Notes under the pieces: model-generated
The model's database searches: none
Told to the model about the DNA's origin: nothing
What the model saw: the letters and a program-made list of their open reading frames with translations, nothing else
Part shown: positions 40,252 through 50,945 of the stretch, piece after piece
How the letters are laid out: each line of letters begins with the position of its first letter
How positions within the stretch are numbered: position 1 is the first letter of the stretch
Made by a program: the position numbers and the translations under genes
Assembly (NCBI GenBank): GCA_965644495.1
Contig: CBFFSA010000001.1
Location: 3,534,001-3,598,000 of the forward strand
Length of the DNA stretch: 64,000 bases
Direction of reading: 5' to 3'
From: Perkinsela sp. CCAP 1560/9
Lineage: Eukaryota > Protista > Euglenozoa: Kinetoplastea

Positions 40252-42453
40252 ATGAACGCTGTAGAATCTCTACTCGCCAAGCTCGGCTTGGATCGCTACA
40301 ACTCGAATTTCCGCCGCGGTCAAGTCGATCGCGTTGCCACGCTCCGTTCCATGAGCGACGGGGAACTCACTCGTCTCGTTCCCCACGCCTCCGACCGCTC
40401 CACCCTTCAACGCGCGTTGCACCGCACCCCCACCCCGACCACCACACGAAAGCCCAAAGACGACAAGAAACACGGCACTGGACCCCTACTCCGTACCTTC
40501 CCCAGCCATGAGTCCAACCCTCCCTCAAGCACTCGTCCCTCCGATCCCACCAAAGGCTCTCGCAACCGTTCTTCCCGAAATCCTCCATCTCAAAACACCC
40601 ATGGCCGCAGTAGCAACAACCACCCCTCCTCTTCCTCCTCCTCCCCCACCCTCCCACCTGTGTGTCGTGCCTTCCACACCCCCACCGGGTGTCCCCGAGG
40701 AACACGTTGTCCGTACCGACACAGTGATTCTCCTATCCCCAACAACAACAACGATCTCCCCATCTCTTCTTCTTCTTCCCCTACGACTACCCCCACTACC
40801 CGTGCTGCCCCGGTGTGTCGTAACTTCAACTCCCCACACGGGTGCGTCTCCGGCCAAGGGTGTCGGTACCGTCACGTGGTGTTACGACAGGGGGAGAAGA
40901 CGAAGGCGGAGAACGGCAGTAGCAGCAGTACCCCCACAACAGCAGCAATAGCCCATGAGGAGAACCCCAAGAAGAGCCACAGCCGTCCCGCCGGGGTGTG
41001 TCATAACTTTAACAGCCCGGAGGGGTGTGGCCGAGGGGAGGGGTGTCGGTATTTTCACATGAGCTATGAGGAGGCGCAGAAGGTGTTGCCGGGACCTGGG
41101 GAGGTTGCCGCGGGGATGGCCACGACGGCAGTGATGACCCCGGGGAGTGAGGGGACGGGGGAGGGTGGTGTCGTCCCTCCACGGTTTCCTCCACGGTGGA
41201 GTCCACGGGAGGGGGATGCGGAGATTACGGTGACGATTCCCGCGTACAAGGTGAAGCTGTTGTTGGGGAATGGAGCCGCCGCGTTGGTGGGGATTAACAA
41301 ACGGCATAATGTGGTGAATAGTGAGATTCCTCACCCGGAGGATTTTACGTCCAACATTTCCTTCTCGTTGTATGGGGCGTTGGAGTCGTTGGAGGCGGCG
41401 AAGGAGGAGGTGCAGCATTTGGTGGGAATCACTAAGGAGAAGGAGGCACAGAATCGGCTGGATTATCTTCTGCACCAGTCCCAGCGTAATGTGCACACGA
41501 TGGAAATTTTGGGTGTCGCGAATGTGCGCCACCAAGGTACAGAACGTGAGCTCCCGGAGCCCATTCTGCGTCAAATCGCCAGTAAGTTTTCCTACCGCTC
41601 CCCAGAGCTCCATGTCAAGGAGTATTTCATTGTCGTCGACGCCATGGACAACAAACGTATCCAGCTTCTGGACGTCATTCTCAGTTATATGGAGAACCGT
41701 GTCCAAAGTGTGGTATTCTGTGCAGCAGAGAAGATTGACACCGTGACAGCACTCAGCGAGCGAACTGCGGGGATTGCCCCGTTTGGGGGTTTCACCACTC
41801 CCACCTCCCTGAAACCACCCTCGGGCCAGAGTGATGGTGTGGAGAGTAAGATCCACCGCATGACGCAGCTGGAGAAATTTAAGCTCGGGGTCGATACGGC
41901 ATCACCAGTAGGGGGTCAGGGATCCGCGGGTGTGGTAGCGCAACGTCTGCTCGTCACCACAGATGACTACGCCCGGTACGCTCGTACTCACACGGTGCCC
42001 TATGTTAATCTTGTGCTCCATTACAATTTCCCTGCCAACAAGGAGGCGTACCTTCTGCGACGCCGGCTACTCGGTCGTGGGCTCGAGACTCGGGGCTGCA
42101 GTATTCTATTTGTGTATGAACGGGAGCAGTACAAAATTAAACAGCTCCAGGGTTGTGCGACTCTGGAAGAGTTGAAGCTGGAGAACCTTCCGGAGCAAAT
42201 GATGAACATTGCCGAGGCGCTTTCGGTGGAGACAAAGGGGAGTCCGTACGTGCAGTATTCTCAAGTAGAGCCGATGGGGATGAACTGGAAAGAGGATATC
42301 TACCGGAGGGAAGAGGAGAAGGCCGCGGCGCGTGTAGCGAAGGAAAAGGCCAAAGAGGAGGAAAAACTAGCAAAGGAGAAAGAGAAACAGGAAAGAGAAC
42401 GCGAACGGCAAGAAAAGGAGCTCGAAAAAGTTGCACAACCTGTACAAGCTTAG
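40252..42453 (+). CDS. SAM - 3xCCCH - KH - degenerate helicase-C RNA-binding protein (trypanosome ZC3H41-like)
   Basis: N-terminal SAM-like VESLLAKLGLDRYNSNF; three C-x8-C-x5-C-x3-H fingers; KH IPAYKVKLLLGNGA; helicase-C-like LLVTTD...VNLVLHYNFP..KEAYL.R. Confidence 0.75.
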   Translation: MNAVESLLAKLGLDRYNSNFRRGQVDRVATLRSMSDGELTRLVPHASDRSTLQRALHRTPTPTTTRKPKDDKKHGTGPLLRTFPSHESNPPSSTRPSDPTKGSRNRSSRNPPSQNTHGRSSNNHPSSSSSSPTLPPVCRAFHTPTGCPRGTRCPYRHSDSPIPNNNNDLPISSSSSPTTTPTTRAAPVCRNFNSPHGCVSGQGCRYRHVVLRQGEKTKAENGSSSSTPTTAAIAHEENPKKSHSRPAGVCHNFNSPEGCGRGEGCRYFHMSYEEAQKVLPGPGEVAAGMATTAVMTPGSEGTGEGGVVPPRFPPRWSPREGDAEITVTIPAYKVKLLLGNGAAALVGINKRHNVVNSEIPHPEDFTSNISFSLYGALESLEAAKEEVQHLVGITKEKEAQNRLDYLLHQSQRNVHTMEILGVANVRHQGTERELPEPILRQIASKFSYRSPELHVKEYFIVVDAMDNKRIQLLDVILSYMENRVQSVVFCAAEKIDTVTALSERTAGIAPFGGFTTPTSLKPPSGQSDGVESKIHRMTQLEKFKLGVDTASPVGGQGSAGVVAQRLLVTTDDYARYARTHTVPYVNLVLHYNFPANKEAYLLRRRLLGRGLETRGCSILFVYEREQYKIKQLQGCATLEELKLENLPEQMMNIAEALSVETKGSPYVQYSQVEPMGMNWKEDIYRREEEKAAARVAKEKAKEEEKLAKEKEKQERERERQEKELEKVAQPVQA

Positions 42454-42991
42454 ATTCTGTTTTACAAGTTCTCATGATTCAGGAAACAATTTTACGCTGA
42501 TAGCCATTTTCGCTTTTGCTATGTATTACATTTTTCGAGATTTATTATGGGTACATACTTGCAGCAAAATTATTCAGAAAAGGGGAACTCCTGTTGTGTG
42601 TAAATCAATGTATGAGCGCATGCGTCGTTTCCTGTAACATTAAATTGCGAACGATTGGAATTTTTACTTTAACCGACTATTTCTCATCGCCTCTGTATTC
42701 AAACAAGATGCATACTGGATAGTATAGAACGTCATATTTTTAACCTTGCTGGTGCTCACTGACACTATTGTGAGGACTGCACAGGGTATACTTGATAAGA
42801 TATTTTACAAGGAATGGGAGCGCTTTTGTCTACCACACTACGTGCTAAGCAGCATTCAGTATGAGAAAAGCATATTCCAGCTTAATTTACATTGGCAATT
42901 CAACGCCACTACACCCTCTTTCTCCTTGATTTCTCAAACAACCATTTTTCTTCAAAAGCATTATTTTTTTCTATTTCATCGTTCTTATACC

Positions 42992-43696
42992 ATGGTACGC
43001 CACAACAACCGCATCGTTAAAAACCACTTCCGGTACCACTGGCACCCGGAGGCGAGTCAGAAAGGTCACGTCAAAGTCCTCCTCGGCCAAGCCAAGGCAG
43101 CGCAACGACGTCGGGAGCAGCGCAAGAAAAAAGCCCTCGCCGTCTTCCCCCGACCCGTTAGCGGTCCGCTGCGTCCCGTGACCCGCTGTGAGACCATTCG
43201 GTACAACATGAAACGTCGTCTCGGTCGTGGCTTCACCAAGGAGGAGCTTAAAGCGGTTGGGCTTTGCCCGGCCTACGCGCGCACCATTGGGGTATCCGTC
43301 GACCACCGCCGGGTGAATAAAAGCGAGGAGGGGTTACAGGAGAATATTACCCGGCTGAAGGAGTACCTCTCCCGGCTCGTGGTCCTCCCCCGCAAGGCAC
43401 GTAAGGTGCCAAAGAGCAAACAGGCGGCGGAGGGCAAGACGAAGGGAGGGAAAGGGGAGATGGTGGATCTTACCCAGGTCGCACAGGACCGTACCCGGAA
43501 GAGTCCTCTCCTGCTTGAGACGCAGACAGTGCCGCGGGAGGCCCCTCGGGAGCTTACGGAGCAGGAGAAGAAGAGGCACATCTTCCAGTTTCTACGTAAG
43601 AGCTACCGAGATGAGTACCTTGTGGGTGTGCGTGAGGCTCGTGCGAAGGCGAAGGAGGAGAAGGCGGCGGAGGAGGCTGCAGGGAAGAAGAAGTAA
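42992..43696 (+). CDS. RPL13: 60S ribosomal protein eL13
   Basis: MVRHNNRI..NHF..HW, PRPVSGPLRP, RYNMKRRLGRGFT.EELK, IGVSVDHRR.NKS.E. ATG at 42992 follows a pyrimidine tract. Confidence 0.96.
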   Translation: MVRHNNRIVKNHFRYHWHPEASQKGHVKVLLGQAKAAQRRREQRKKKALAVFPRPVSGPLRPVTRCETIRYNMKRRLGRGFTKEELKAVGLCPAYARTIGVSVDHRRVNKSEEGLQENITRLKEYLSRLVVLPRKARKVPKSKQAAEGKTKGGKGEMVDLTQVAQDRTRKSPLLLETQTVPREAPRELTEQEKKRHIFQFLRKSYRDEYLVGVREARAKAKEEKAAEEAAGKKK

Positions 43697-44104
43697 AGTT
43701 GGGTGTAAGGAAAGCGTGGTAATGTGGAAAGATGATGGGAAGTGAGTTTCGTGTTGTGTAAAACATGTTTTAATACATTCATTTATTCAATTTTGGTATG
43801 AATTGAATGCCGAGATATGAAAATTTGTTTACTTTGACTAAATAAAATGGACTATTTTACAAAAACTAAACGTGTTTTCTTCTATTTTCACCACTGGATC
43901 AGCTCATGAAACCGGGCCTTGGTCTAAATGCATCCGATTCCTCGTTTTGAGCGAGACCTAGAAATGCTGCTTATGGATGTTGCTGTTGCACGATGGTAAT
44001 AGTGGGTCGGATATTGTAGATGGGGGCTCTTGCTCCTATTTAGACGCGTCTTATCATCGCACCAATCGCCTCGATTTCAGTACACAGTATATTTGGTCAC
44101 ATTC

Positions 44105-46618
44105 ATGACAAAGGATAGTTTTACCCGATCAGAGAATGGCCCGGACCAAATTTCTATGGACTACAACTTGTCAATTGATGCAATAGAGTCCTTATCATTG
44201 GAGCGTAAGGATCCAGGAGGGCATTTCCTGACAGATTCGATAAGCAATGCTTCTGCGGATCGAGTAGGAGTCCAGAACGAAGCAAGTGAATGTCACATTT
44301 CGCAAACATCGACAAACGTCGGCACACTTGTCTTGGAAACCGAAATCTCAGACCGAGCAAACGATGACACTGCTCCTCCTCTGTCATGCCCTTGTTCCGA
44401 TAATGATGATCAAGTATCAAATCGAGTACCTTCGGTAAATTCACAATACAGCAGTTTTCAAGAAGGGGCAGCGCAACTGGAAAAGGTTTCTTTTTATGCT
44501 GAAAATTTACTTGACTCATTGGACTCGCTACGCACTCGTTTGACCTCTTTGTTGTCAGAATATCACGAACGAAAAAAGTTACTTGATTATCTCAAGCGTC
44601 AACTTGCTAAGACGCAACATTTTTGTCGCGTATTGCGTTACCACATGCAACAGATAGTGCTTGAGAAGCATCATACCCAAAGCTTGATGCGTGATCCTGT
44701 GAATTCCGATGCTTATCAAAATGCTCACAAGGCGCTCGAGCAAACTTTGCAGCGGATTTCGAATTATGATAACAAGCAAAAAAGTGACTCACAGCTGAAC
44801 ACTGCTGTATCTTCATCGAAAGACTCTTCAGAAAAAATAGCTACATTATCGTCGCAAGACGCAGAAACTAGCTCGTCTATGAATATGCCACGATTACATG
44901 GCTCTGATCCGAATAGCAAGAAAGTAAAATTGCTAATTCATCAGCTTCATGACATACACAACGCGCTTGTGACGCATGCTGGTCTGCGTTTGAGTAGTTT
45001 TTTGAAAGCACGCGTTTCAAGGCAACAAAATGATGCTTTTGAATCAAGCTCCTCCGATAATTTTTTAGGAGAACATCGGTTCCTTGTTCTCCTACTAGGG
45101 AAGCTTAATTACGCATCTCTTTCGGAAACACTTCAACATTACGCGAGTTTTCAATGTGCTAAATACCGTGAAGTGTTTCACAAATACGCGATTTTTCTGT
45201 TGGCTGCGTCATTAGAATACGAAAAAGAAATTAGTGACTCGGAGAGGAAGTCTCATAATTTATTTGAAAAGTCAGCGTTGCTTCAAGGAGCTGATCCAGT
45301 AGCTCACAGTGTGTCATACGTAGTTTCACATTTGAGATATCAGCCATTACTTGAATCACTTTCTTATTCGGATATTCTCGACTACAGAACTAACAGCAAG
45401 CGTCTTACACACTTCGAAACGATCTTTCAGTGTCTAGTGAACCTTCTCCTGGACCTCACACATTATGAATATCACTGCTTAACATCTTTGACTTCTGTAA
45501 TAGAATCTGTCGAACCATACTTATCAGTCATGTTTGATCCGATTCTCACAGAATTGTGCAAAATACACAATATCTGGGTGGATTCAACTGATGACTATAT
45601 CGCGTTGTTGCACGTCATTCGGTGCATTGAGAAGACCATGGCGAATCCCAGTATGAAAATCTTTAATGCTTCTATTTGGAAAGTGATGCACAAAAATAGT
45701 TGCGAAACTTTATTTACCGTTTTTCAAGGCCAAACTGAAAGTCTGCGTTCGATACGAGAGGAGACATCATTGGAAATTCCATGGCATAGAGTTTCTGTGT
45801 TACCCAGTACAGCGCGCTACGCAGAGTTTACTGCGTCCCTTTTACGATTTTGCATATTATTTCGTGAAACGAAGTGCAGGACAAGTGTACAGGACACGTA
45901 TGTTTCCTCGGATAATAATCTTCAAAATTGTAATCATATCACGGCGAATGTGGACAAAAAACCATTACATCATGATAGTTGCACTACGGGCACGTCTTCT
46001 AAACAGACTGAGATGAATTGTTTAGGCTCAAGAGTAGGCACAGAATCTATTTTTGTTGACTCTTCGGTTCGATTACGTTCTCAGGTAGCATTTACGTATG
46101 CCCCGGCTGCACTTGAGTTTCCTTTACATGACTCGTTATCGGCCTTCGTAAGTTACGCTTGGAGTATTTTTGAGCAGTTTATTATTTTTGTATCTCGACT
46201 TATACCAACGGAAAGATCTGTGGAACGCTGGCTGCTGAATAATTACTATCACGTAGTATTGGTGTACAAGGAGAGAGGGATTCCCCAATGGCGAGAGCAG
46301 TATCCTATCTTGAAACAGCTTGATGATCGAGTTCGGTTGTATCAGGAACACCTTATGGAAGATTGCTTAAACAAATTTTCAATAACTTCAGAGACACACT
46401 TGGGAGATGAATGGAGACAAGTTATGAACTCGCAGTATCATGAACGTTTCAGTCATAATTTTGGTTCTTCGGATATGGGAAAGCTTTTCTACTCAGCTCT
46501 TACTAGTGATCTAGTTCATGCCGATTCTAGAGAGGAGCTGTCAAAACTTTGTGCAGAAAAAATAGTTTTTCACAGCGAACACTCTGAAAATCGGGAGTCT
46601 TATAGTGTGCCACCTTAA
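44105..46618 (+). CDS. VPS52: GARP complex subunit Vps52
   Basis: N-terminal coiled coil; FETIF...LLLD...EY, DYIALL, TARYAEFTASL, WLLNNY. Confidence 0.75.
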   Translation: MTKDSFTRSENGPDQISMDYNLSIDAIESLSLERKDPGGHFLTDSISNASADRVGVQNEASECHISQTSTNVGTLVLETEISDRANDDTAPPLSCPCSDNDDQVSNRVPSVNSQYSSFQEGAAQLEKVSFYAENLLDSLDSLRTRLTSLLSEYHERKKLLDYLKRQLAKTQHFCRVLRYHMQQIVLEKHHTQSLMRDPVNSDAYQNAHKALEQTLQRISNYDNKQKSDSQLNTAVSSSKDSSEKIATLSSQDAETSSSMNMPRLHGSDPNSKKVKLLIHQLHDIHNALVTHAGLRLSSFLKARVSRQQNDAFESSSSDNFLGEHRFLVLLLGKLNYASLSETLQHYASFQCAKYREVFHKYAIFLLAASLEYEKEISDSERKSHNLFEKSALLQGADPVAHSVSYVVSHLRYQPLLESLSYSDILDYRTNSKRLTHFETIFQCLVNLLLDLTHYEYHCLTSLTSVIESVEPYLSVMFDPILTELCKIHNIWVDSTDDYIALLHVIRCIEKTMANPSMKIFNASIWKVMHKNSCETLFTVFQGQTESLRSIREETSLEIPWHRVSVLPSTARYAEFTASLLRFCILFRETKCRTSVQDTYVSSDNNLQNCNHITANVDKKPLHHDSCTTGTSSKQTEMNCLGSRVGTESIFVDSSVRLRSQVAFTYAPAALEFPLHDSLSAFVSYAWSIFEQFIIFVSRLIPTERSVERWLLNNYYHVVLVYKERGIPQWREQYPILKQLDDRVRLYQEHLMEDCLNKFSITSETHLGDEWRQVMNSQYHERFSHNFGSSDMGKLFYSALTSDLVHADSREELSKLCAEKIVFHSEHSENRESYSVPP

Positions 46619-46717
46619 AATTCACGAAATCTTCGCAATAATGTCATAGATCTGATACCTTGGGGGAAATATCGGGTTTCAGCCCTCTTAGATTCTTGGA
46701 GCAACATCACATTGTTC

Positions 46718-46820
46718 GTACAATCTGATACTTCATTCTGATTTTATGAATTCATTAAACATCATACTGTTCCTACAATCTGATACTACATTCTGATTTT
46801 ATGAATTCATTAAACATCAT
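46718..46820. repeat. Two ~47-bp direct repeats
   Basis: TACAATCTGATACTWCATTCTGATTTTATGAATTCATTAAACATCAT occurs twice. Confidence 0.9.
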
Positions 46821-47706
46821 AGGACACTGTGCAAGTTTACCCTCCCTGTGGATGGCACGAAATGGCACAGGATGGCGCGGCGAGTCTAGTTTTAGGAATC
46901 GTCATCCTCCTAAGTAGCATTTTAAATAGGAGTAAATTTTCGGATGCTCTTTTGTAGTTTTGCATATTGTTTGATAATTCATAATTTGGAGGTGTCTTTA
47001 CGTCACGAGTGGGGAGGTAAGTAAGCACAATCTTCCAGCTACCCTAATCTTCTCTTGCGAAAAAAGCGCGGTCGTAGTGATGATGAATTGAAGCAAACTA
47101 ACTTAGACCATTTCATTGTTTATGGTAAGAATTGTACGGAAAGAACGGCTTCTGATTCTCTTCACCTCACTATCCTCGAGTCATGAACTCATATGAACTT
47201 ATGGGAGAGAAGTAACGTAATATAAAAAAACGTTAACCACCGCGTTTAATGGATCGACTGCAAACTTGTACTTATAGTTGTTACCGCTTATGAGTTCCCC
47301 CAATTCTGGTACGCTTATGAGTTCCTTTTTCTAAGGCGAATGTTTTTGTACCCACTTTTCGCGAAGCGATCTTTTTTTGCAAAGAACCCCAATTCATAAA
47401 AATCCCAACAACCATACGTCAGGCTGCTCTACAGACTCGCTCACTGAGCGGATAATCATTTTAGCGCCAGTATTATTGTCAAGGAGAACCCGCGGCGCTT
47501 CGCGCCGCGGGCCCGAATTTTCTTTTTTTTATGGCTCGAATTCTGGTCTGGTACGCTTATGAGCTCCTTTTTCTCAAAACCGGGGAACTCATAAGCAGGA
47601 GGGGTATAGTGCTTGGAACCACCCCGCCTTTTCTTGTAAACGGGTACCAAGATCCACATGAAGACGAGCGCCAAAGGTCGTCATTGTGCCAAAAATCTTC
47701 GCTCTG

Positions 47707-47772
47707 GATGGCACAGGATGGCACGGAATGGCACAGGATAGCACCGAATGGCACAGGATTGCACAGGATAAC
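47707..47772. repeat. 10-bp periodic repeat (ATGGCACAGG)n
   Basis: About 6 units; related units at ~46851-46880. Confidence 0.85.
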
Positions 47773-47833
47773 TGCATAGTGTCCATAGACCACCATAATT
47801 CCATAAACAAACGTAATTCGGTCCAATTTTTTG

Positions 47834-48207
47834 ACTAAACCACATACCCGTTTAACATACCTATACCTTGGATAACATACCGGGGGGGTATGTTATTCTG
47901 GCCTGCGACAGTTAACATACCCCCCCTCGTCCTACGGCTTTTTTTTGTGCAACAGTACAAAAATCCAACCGTAATATCACGTACTTTTTTAACAAAATGT
48001 TTCTTTTATGCGTTTTTAGATGTATTTTTATACGTTTTAGCATTTAGTACTACACGCGGTACATCTTTAGATACAGGTTCTATCTGTGAGAGTGATTCTT
48101 TTCTTTCCTATTTCATTACCAGTCTACTTAACATACCTATACCTTGATAACATACCTATACCTTGATAACATACCGGGGGGTATGCTAAATGGGTATGTG
48201 GTTTAGT
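47834..48207. mobile_element. MITE-like element (~375 bp)
   Basis: ACTAAACCACATACCC at 47834 is inverted at 48192-48207. Internal TAACATACCTATACCTTG repeats at both ends. No ORF. Confidence 0.7.
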
Positions 48208-48215
48208 TCTTTTTC

Positions 48216-48848
48216 ATGGCGCTCTTGATAAACTCTCTTAAACTGTTTCAGAATATGGATTGCTCTGATATCCCCGCTAGTTCTCGAAAAGGCAAGGTAT
48301 CGGCGGCTAACCTACCTTCACAATATGCCTTATCTCTTATGATACAAAGTCTTGAGGTCCGTCCAAAAACCTGGACTGTAGAAACGCCAGCGAACGAGTG
48401 GCCCGGAGTAACGCTAAATTCCCGCTCCGAAGTGGACACCATTATTTGGCGAAACAAAGGTCTTGTAGGAATAATTCTATGGAAATATTTACCATCCTCC
48501 ATCAAAGTATTCGATTGTGGTCTGGACGCTTATATGTCACGCAATCGTCTTACCGGGGAAGTCGATTTTGCATTGCTTCCCGGCAATTTGGAGGAACTTC
48601 ACTTGGGCTTCAATAAGTTTTACGGTCCTGTACAAACGAATTTATTTCCTTCATCTTTACGGATACTAGGGTTGCAGTGCAACAACTTTTCGGGCAAAAT
48701 AGATTTTACAACGCTGCCACCATCGATGATCAAGATTAATGTGCAGCACAATGCAGCACTAGTGGGTACTTTCATTAAAGCGCAATCTCCAGATTTTACT
48801 TTGTTTTGTTCGGGGACAGGTATCACAGTACTTAGTAGGGACTGGTAA
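48216..48848 (+). CDS. Small LRR protein (paralog 6)
   Basis: SRKGKVSAANLPSQYAL...TWTVETPANEWPGV followed by LRRs. Confidence 0.85.
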   Translation: MALLINSLKLFQNMDCSDIPASSRKGKVSAANLPSQYALSLMIQSLEVRPKTWTVETPANEWPGVTLNSRSEVDTIIWRNKGLVGIILWKYLPSSIKVFDCGLDAYMSRNRLTGEVDFALLPGNLEELHLGFNKFYGPVQTNLFPSSLRILGLQCNNFSGKIDFTTLPPSMIKINVQHNAALVGTFIKAQSPDFTLFCSGTGITVLSRDW

Positions 48849-49117
48849 GTGACGAGAGTTTTCTACTGTTTGGCATGGACTTCGATGTTCTTGAAAGTAT
48901 AGTTTGCTCTAAGGGCAGATTTCTAATCGACGAAAGGGTAATTTAAAGGTTCTGCTTTCGCTCCTTTTTTTCTTGTGGCAAATGTCTGCTTTTTATGAAG
49001 TCTAATTTTGTAGTGATAGTTTATCTATAAAGATACTTTAAGTTCGATTATTTTACGATTCATGCATGTATAAACTTTTCTTAGGCAACGTATTTTAATA
49101 GATCTTTGTTCTGTTTG

Positions 49118-49513
49118 ATGGCACATTCGCTCGAGACTCCAGATTGGTCGAAGGATGAAGCATCGCTTGAAGGCGCCAAGGAATATCTCCGTATTGGAGA
49201 TACGGTGGATTTTTTTGAATATGTGCTCTCGAGTTTAATGAGACAAAAGCCCGAGCAAATACCTTCGTTTTGTCTTGATCTTGTGTTAGGCCTGCGAAAA
49301 GATGGATCCGTGTACCCGCTGAATACCTCTCAATATACAAGAGAAAAAGAAGGTGCATATCTTGAGGAGAACGGGATCTGTGATTTTCTCAATCAGTGGA
49401 TCGTAGAATTATTGAATACCCGCCCAGAGACCAACGAGGATCGAATGGAGTTTCATGAAAATTACCTTAAAAATATCCTTGTGCAGAAAAATATTTCCAA
49501 AGTTGTAGAATGA
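49118..49513 (+). CDS. Small protein with two dimerisation/docking (RIIa/Dpy-30-like) repeats
   Basis: EYLRIGDTVDFFEYVLSSLMRQKPEQIPSF and AYLEENGICDFLNQWIVELLNTRPE. Confidence 0.55.
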   Translation: MAHSLETPDWSKDEASLEGAKEYLRIGDTVDFFEYVLSSLMRQKPEQIPSFCLDLVLGLRKDGSVYPLNTSQYTREKEGAYLEENGICDFLNQWIVELLNTRPETNEDRMEFHENYLKNILVQKNISKVVE

Positions 49514-49736
49514 TGTCTTTTTTATTTTCTTTTTAAGTTCGACACCAATGTATGCTTAACACAGCTCAACAGGTGCCGTTCTCGGTTTCTCATATCTTGC
49601 CCACAAAGCTTTGTTAGCTTTTCTCTCTACACTACAAAGCTTGTGGCATACATCTCACTACGTATTCGCTACAAACTCATTTACATTGCATTTTCTTTTC
49701 TACCTCCCCATCGTCTCCAAAACCCTTTTTACCCCC

Positions 49737-50531
49737 ATGCCCGCCATTCTCCCCACCCTTGACCGCGACAACACCTGTGCCGCCTCCCGTGTCGGGCCCC
49801 ACTACTCCGCCTACAACAAAGCCGTCGACCACCCCGACCCTTGCCGCAAATTCTCCAAATTCCCCGCGGGGTGCGCCACCCGTCCCACCACCTTCGCTCT
49901 CGCCCCACCCGACCCCTCCCCCCTCACCCCCACCGCCATGCGCCAAACCCCCCGCTTCCGTCACACCCCACTCCTCCGTACTACCGGACCACAACAACAG
50001 CAGCAGCAGCAGCAGCAGCCACAACAACCCTCCCATGGCCTACGCCACGGCTACCCCCGGGCCTACGCCTCCGAGGGCTTCACCATCACTACCCCTCTAC
50101 GGGCGACCCCGAGCAAGCCCGCACGCAAGCCCCTCCCCGCCCCCGCGACCCCCGCCGCCCCCACCCCCCCACGGGGCTATGCCGGCGGGATCAAACCCCG
50201 CCGTGACATCAACGCCCAGTGCCGCACCGAGGCCCCGGGGCCCGCCGAGGTCAGCCGGGCGATCCGTGCCTCCTCACGGTACACCCACTCCGGCCGCGTG
50301 AGTGTCGGCGGGGGTGGGGGGCGGGAGGGGAGGGATGTGCTGCGGTTGAGTCCGGCCTCCTCCCCGCCCGGGGAGGGGGTGCGTCGGAGTATTGGGAGGC
50401 CGGGAAGGTACCGGTACACCCCGCGGCCAACGGATCAAACGCTGAAAGGGGTGTTTAAGGAGGACCCCGAGGCGAATCGGCGGGTGAGGCCGGTGGCGCG
50501 GCCGGCGCCGTATGGGGTGGATAGAAGTTAG
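49737..50531 (+). CDS. Hypothetical Pro/Arg-rich protein with poly-Q
   Basis: Longest + strand frame across a GC-rich island; co-oriented with neighbours; no recognisable domain. Confidence 0.6.
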   Translation: MPAILPTLDRDNTCAASRVGPHYSAYNKAVDHPDPCRKFSKFPAGCATRPTTFALAPPDPSPLTPTAMRQTPRFRHTPLLRTTGPQQQQQQQQQPQQPSHGLRHGYPRAYASEGFTITTPLRATPSKPARKPLPAPATPAAPTPPRGYAGGIKPRRDINAQCRTEAPGPAEVSRAIRASSRYTHSGRVSVGGGGGREGRDVLRLSPASSPPGEGVRRSIGRPGRYRYTPRPTDQTLKGVFKEDPEANRRVRPVARPAPYGVDRS

Positions 50532-50945
50532 GGAGGGAGGAAAGGGTGGGGGGTTGTGTGTCAGAGGATGGGGATGTGGATAGATATCGATCGTGTGTTT
50601 GGTTTCTAGAATTTTTGGACAGGTTTTTGATCCACTCACGGTTTTTTGTACGGCATTTTTAGTTTTCTTGTATAGCTCGGGTATGAAAATTGGTCGCATC
50701 TCGAAATTGTAGATATATTGTTACGACAGGGATAGAATGTGAGTTCAAAAAAAATGGATACATTGGGGGTACTCTTAAAGATATAATTTCTTGGACAGTC
50801 CGGGTAGCGTTTCAATTTTGTGGAGAAATCGCGTAAGAATCTGGTCAGTACGAATAGATCTATCAGACCGTACGTGTGCATGTACGTAGCATATGACATA
50901 TGAGATATTAACTGGCTAGTCTTTTTTATAAGATTGAGTTATTCG

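Noticed and set aside
42746-42991. N-terminal extension of RPL13 in the ORF track
   Set aside because: TTG start in AT-rich intergenic/polypyrimidine sequence; homology begins at ATG 42992.
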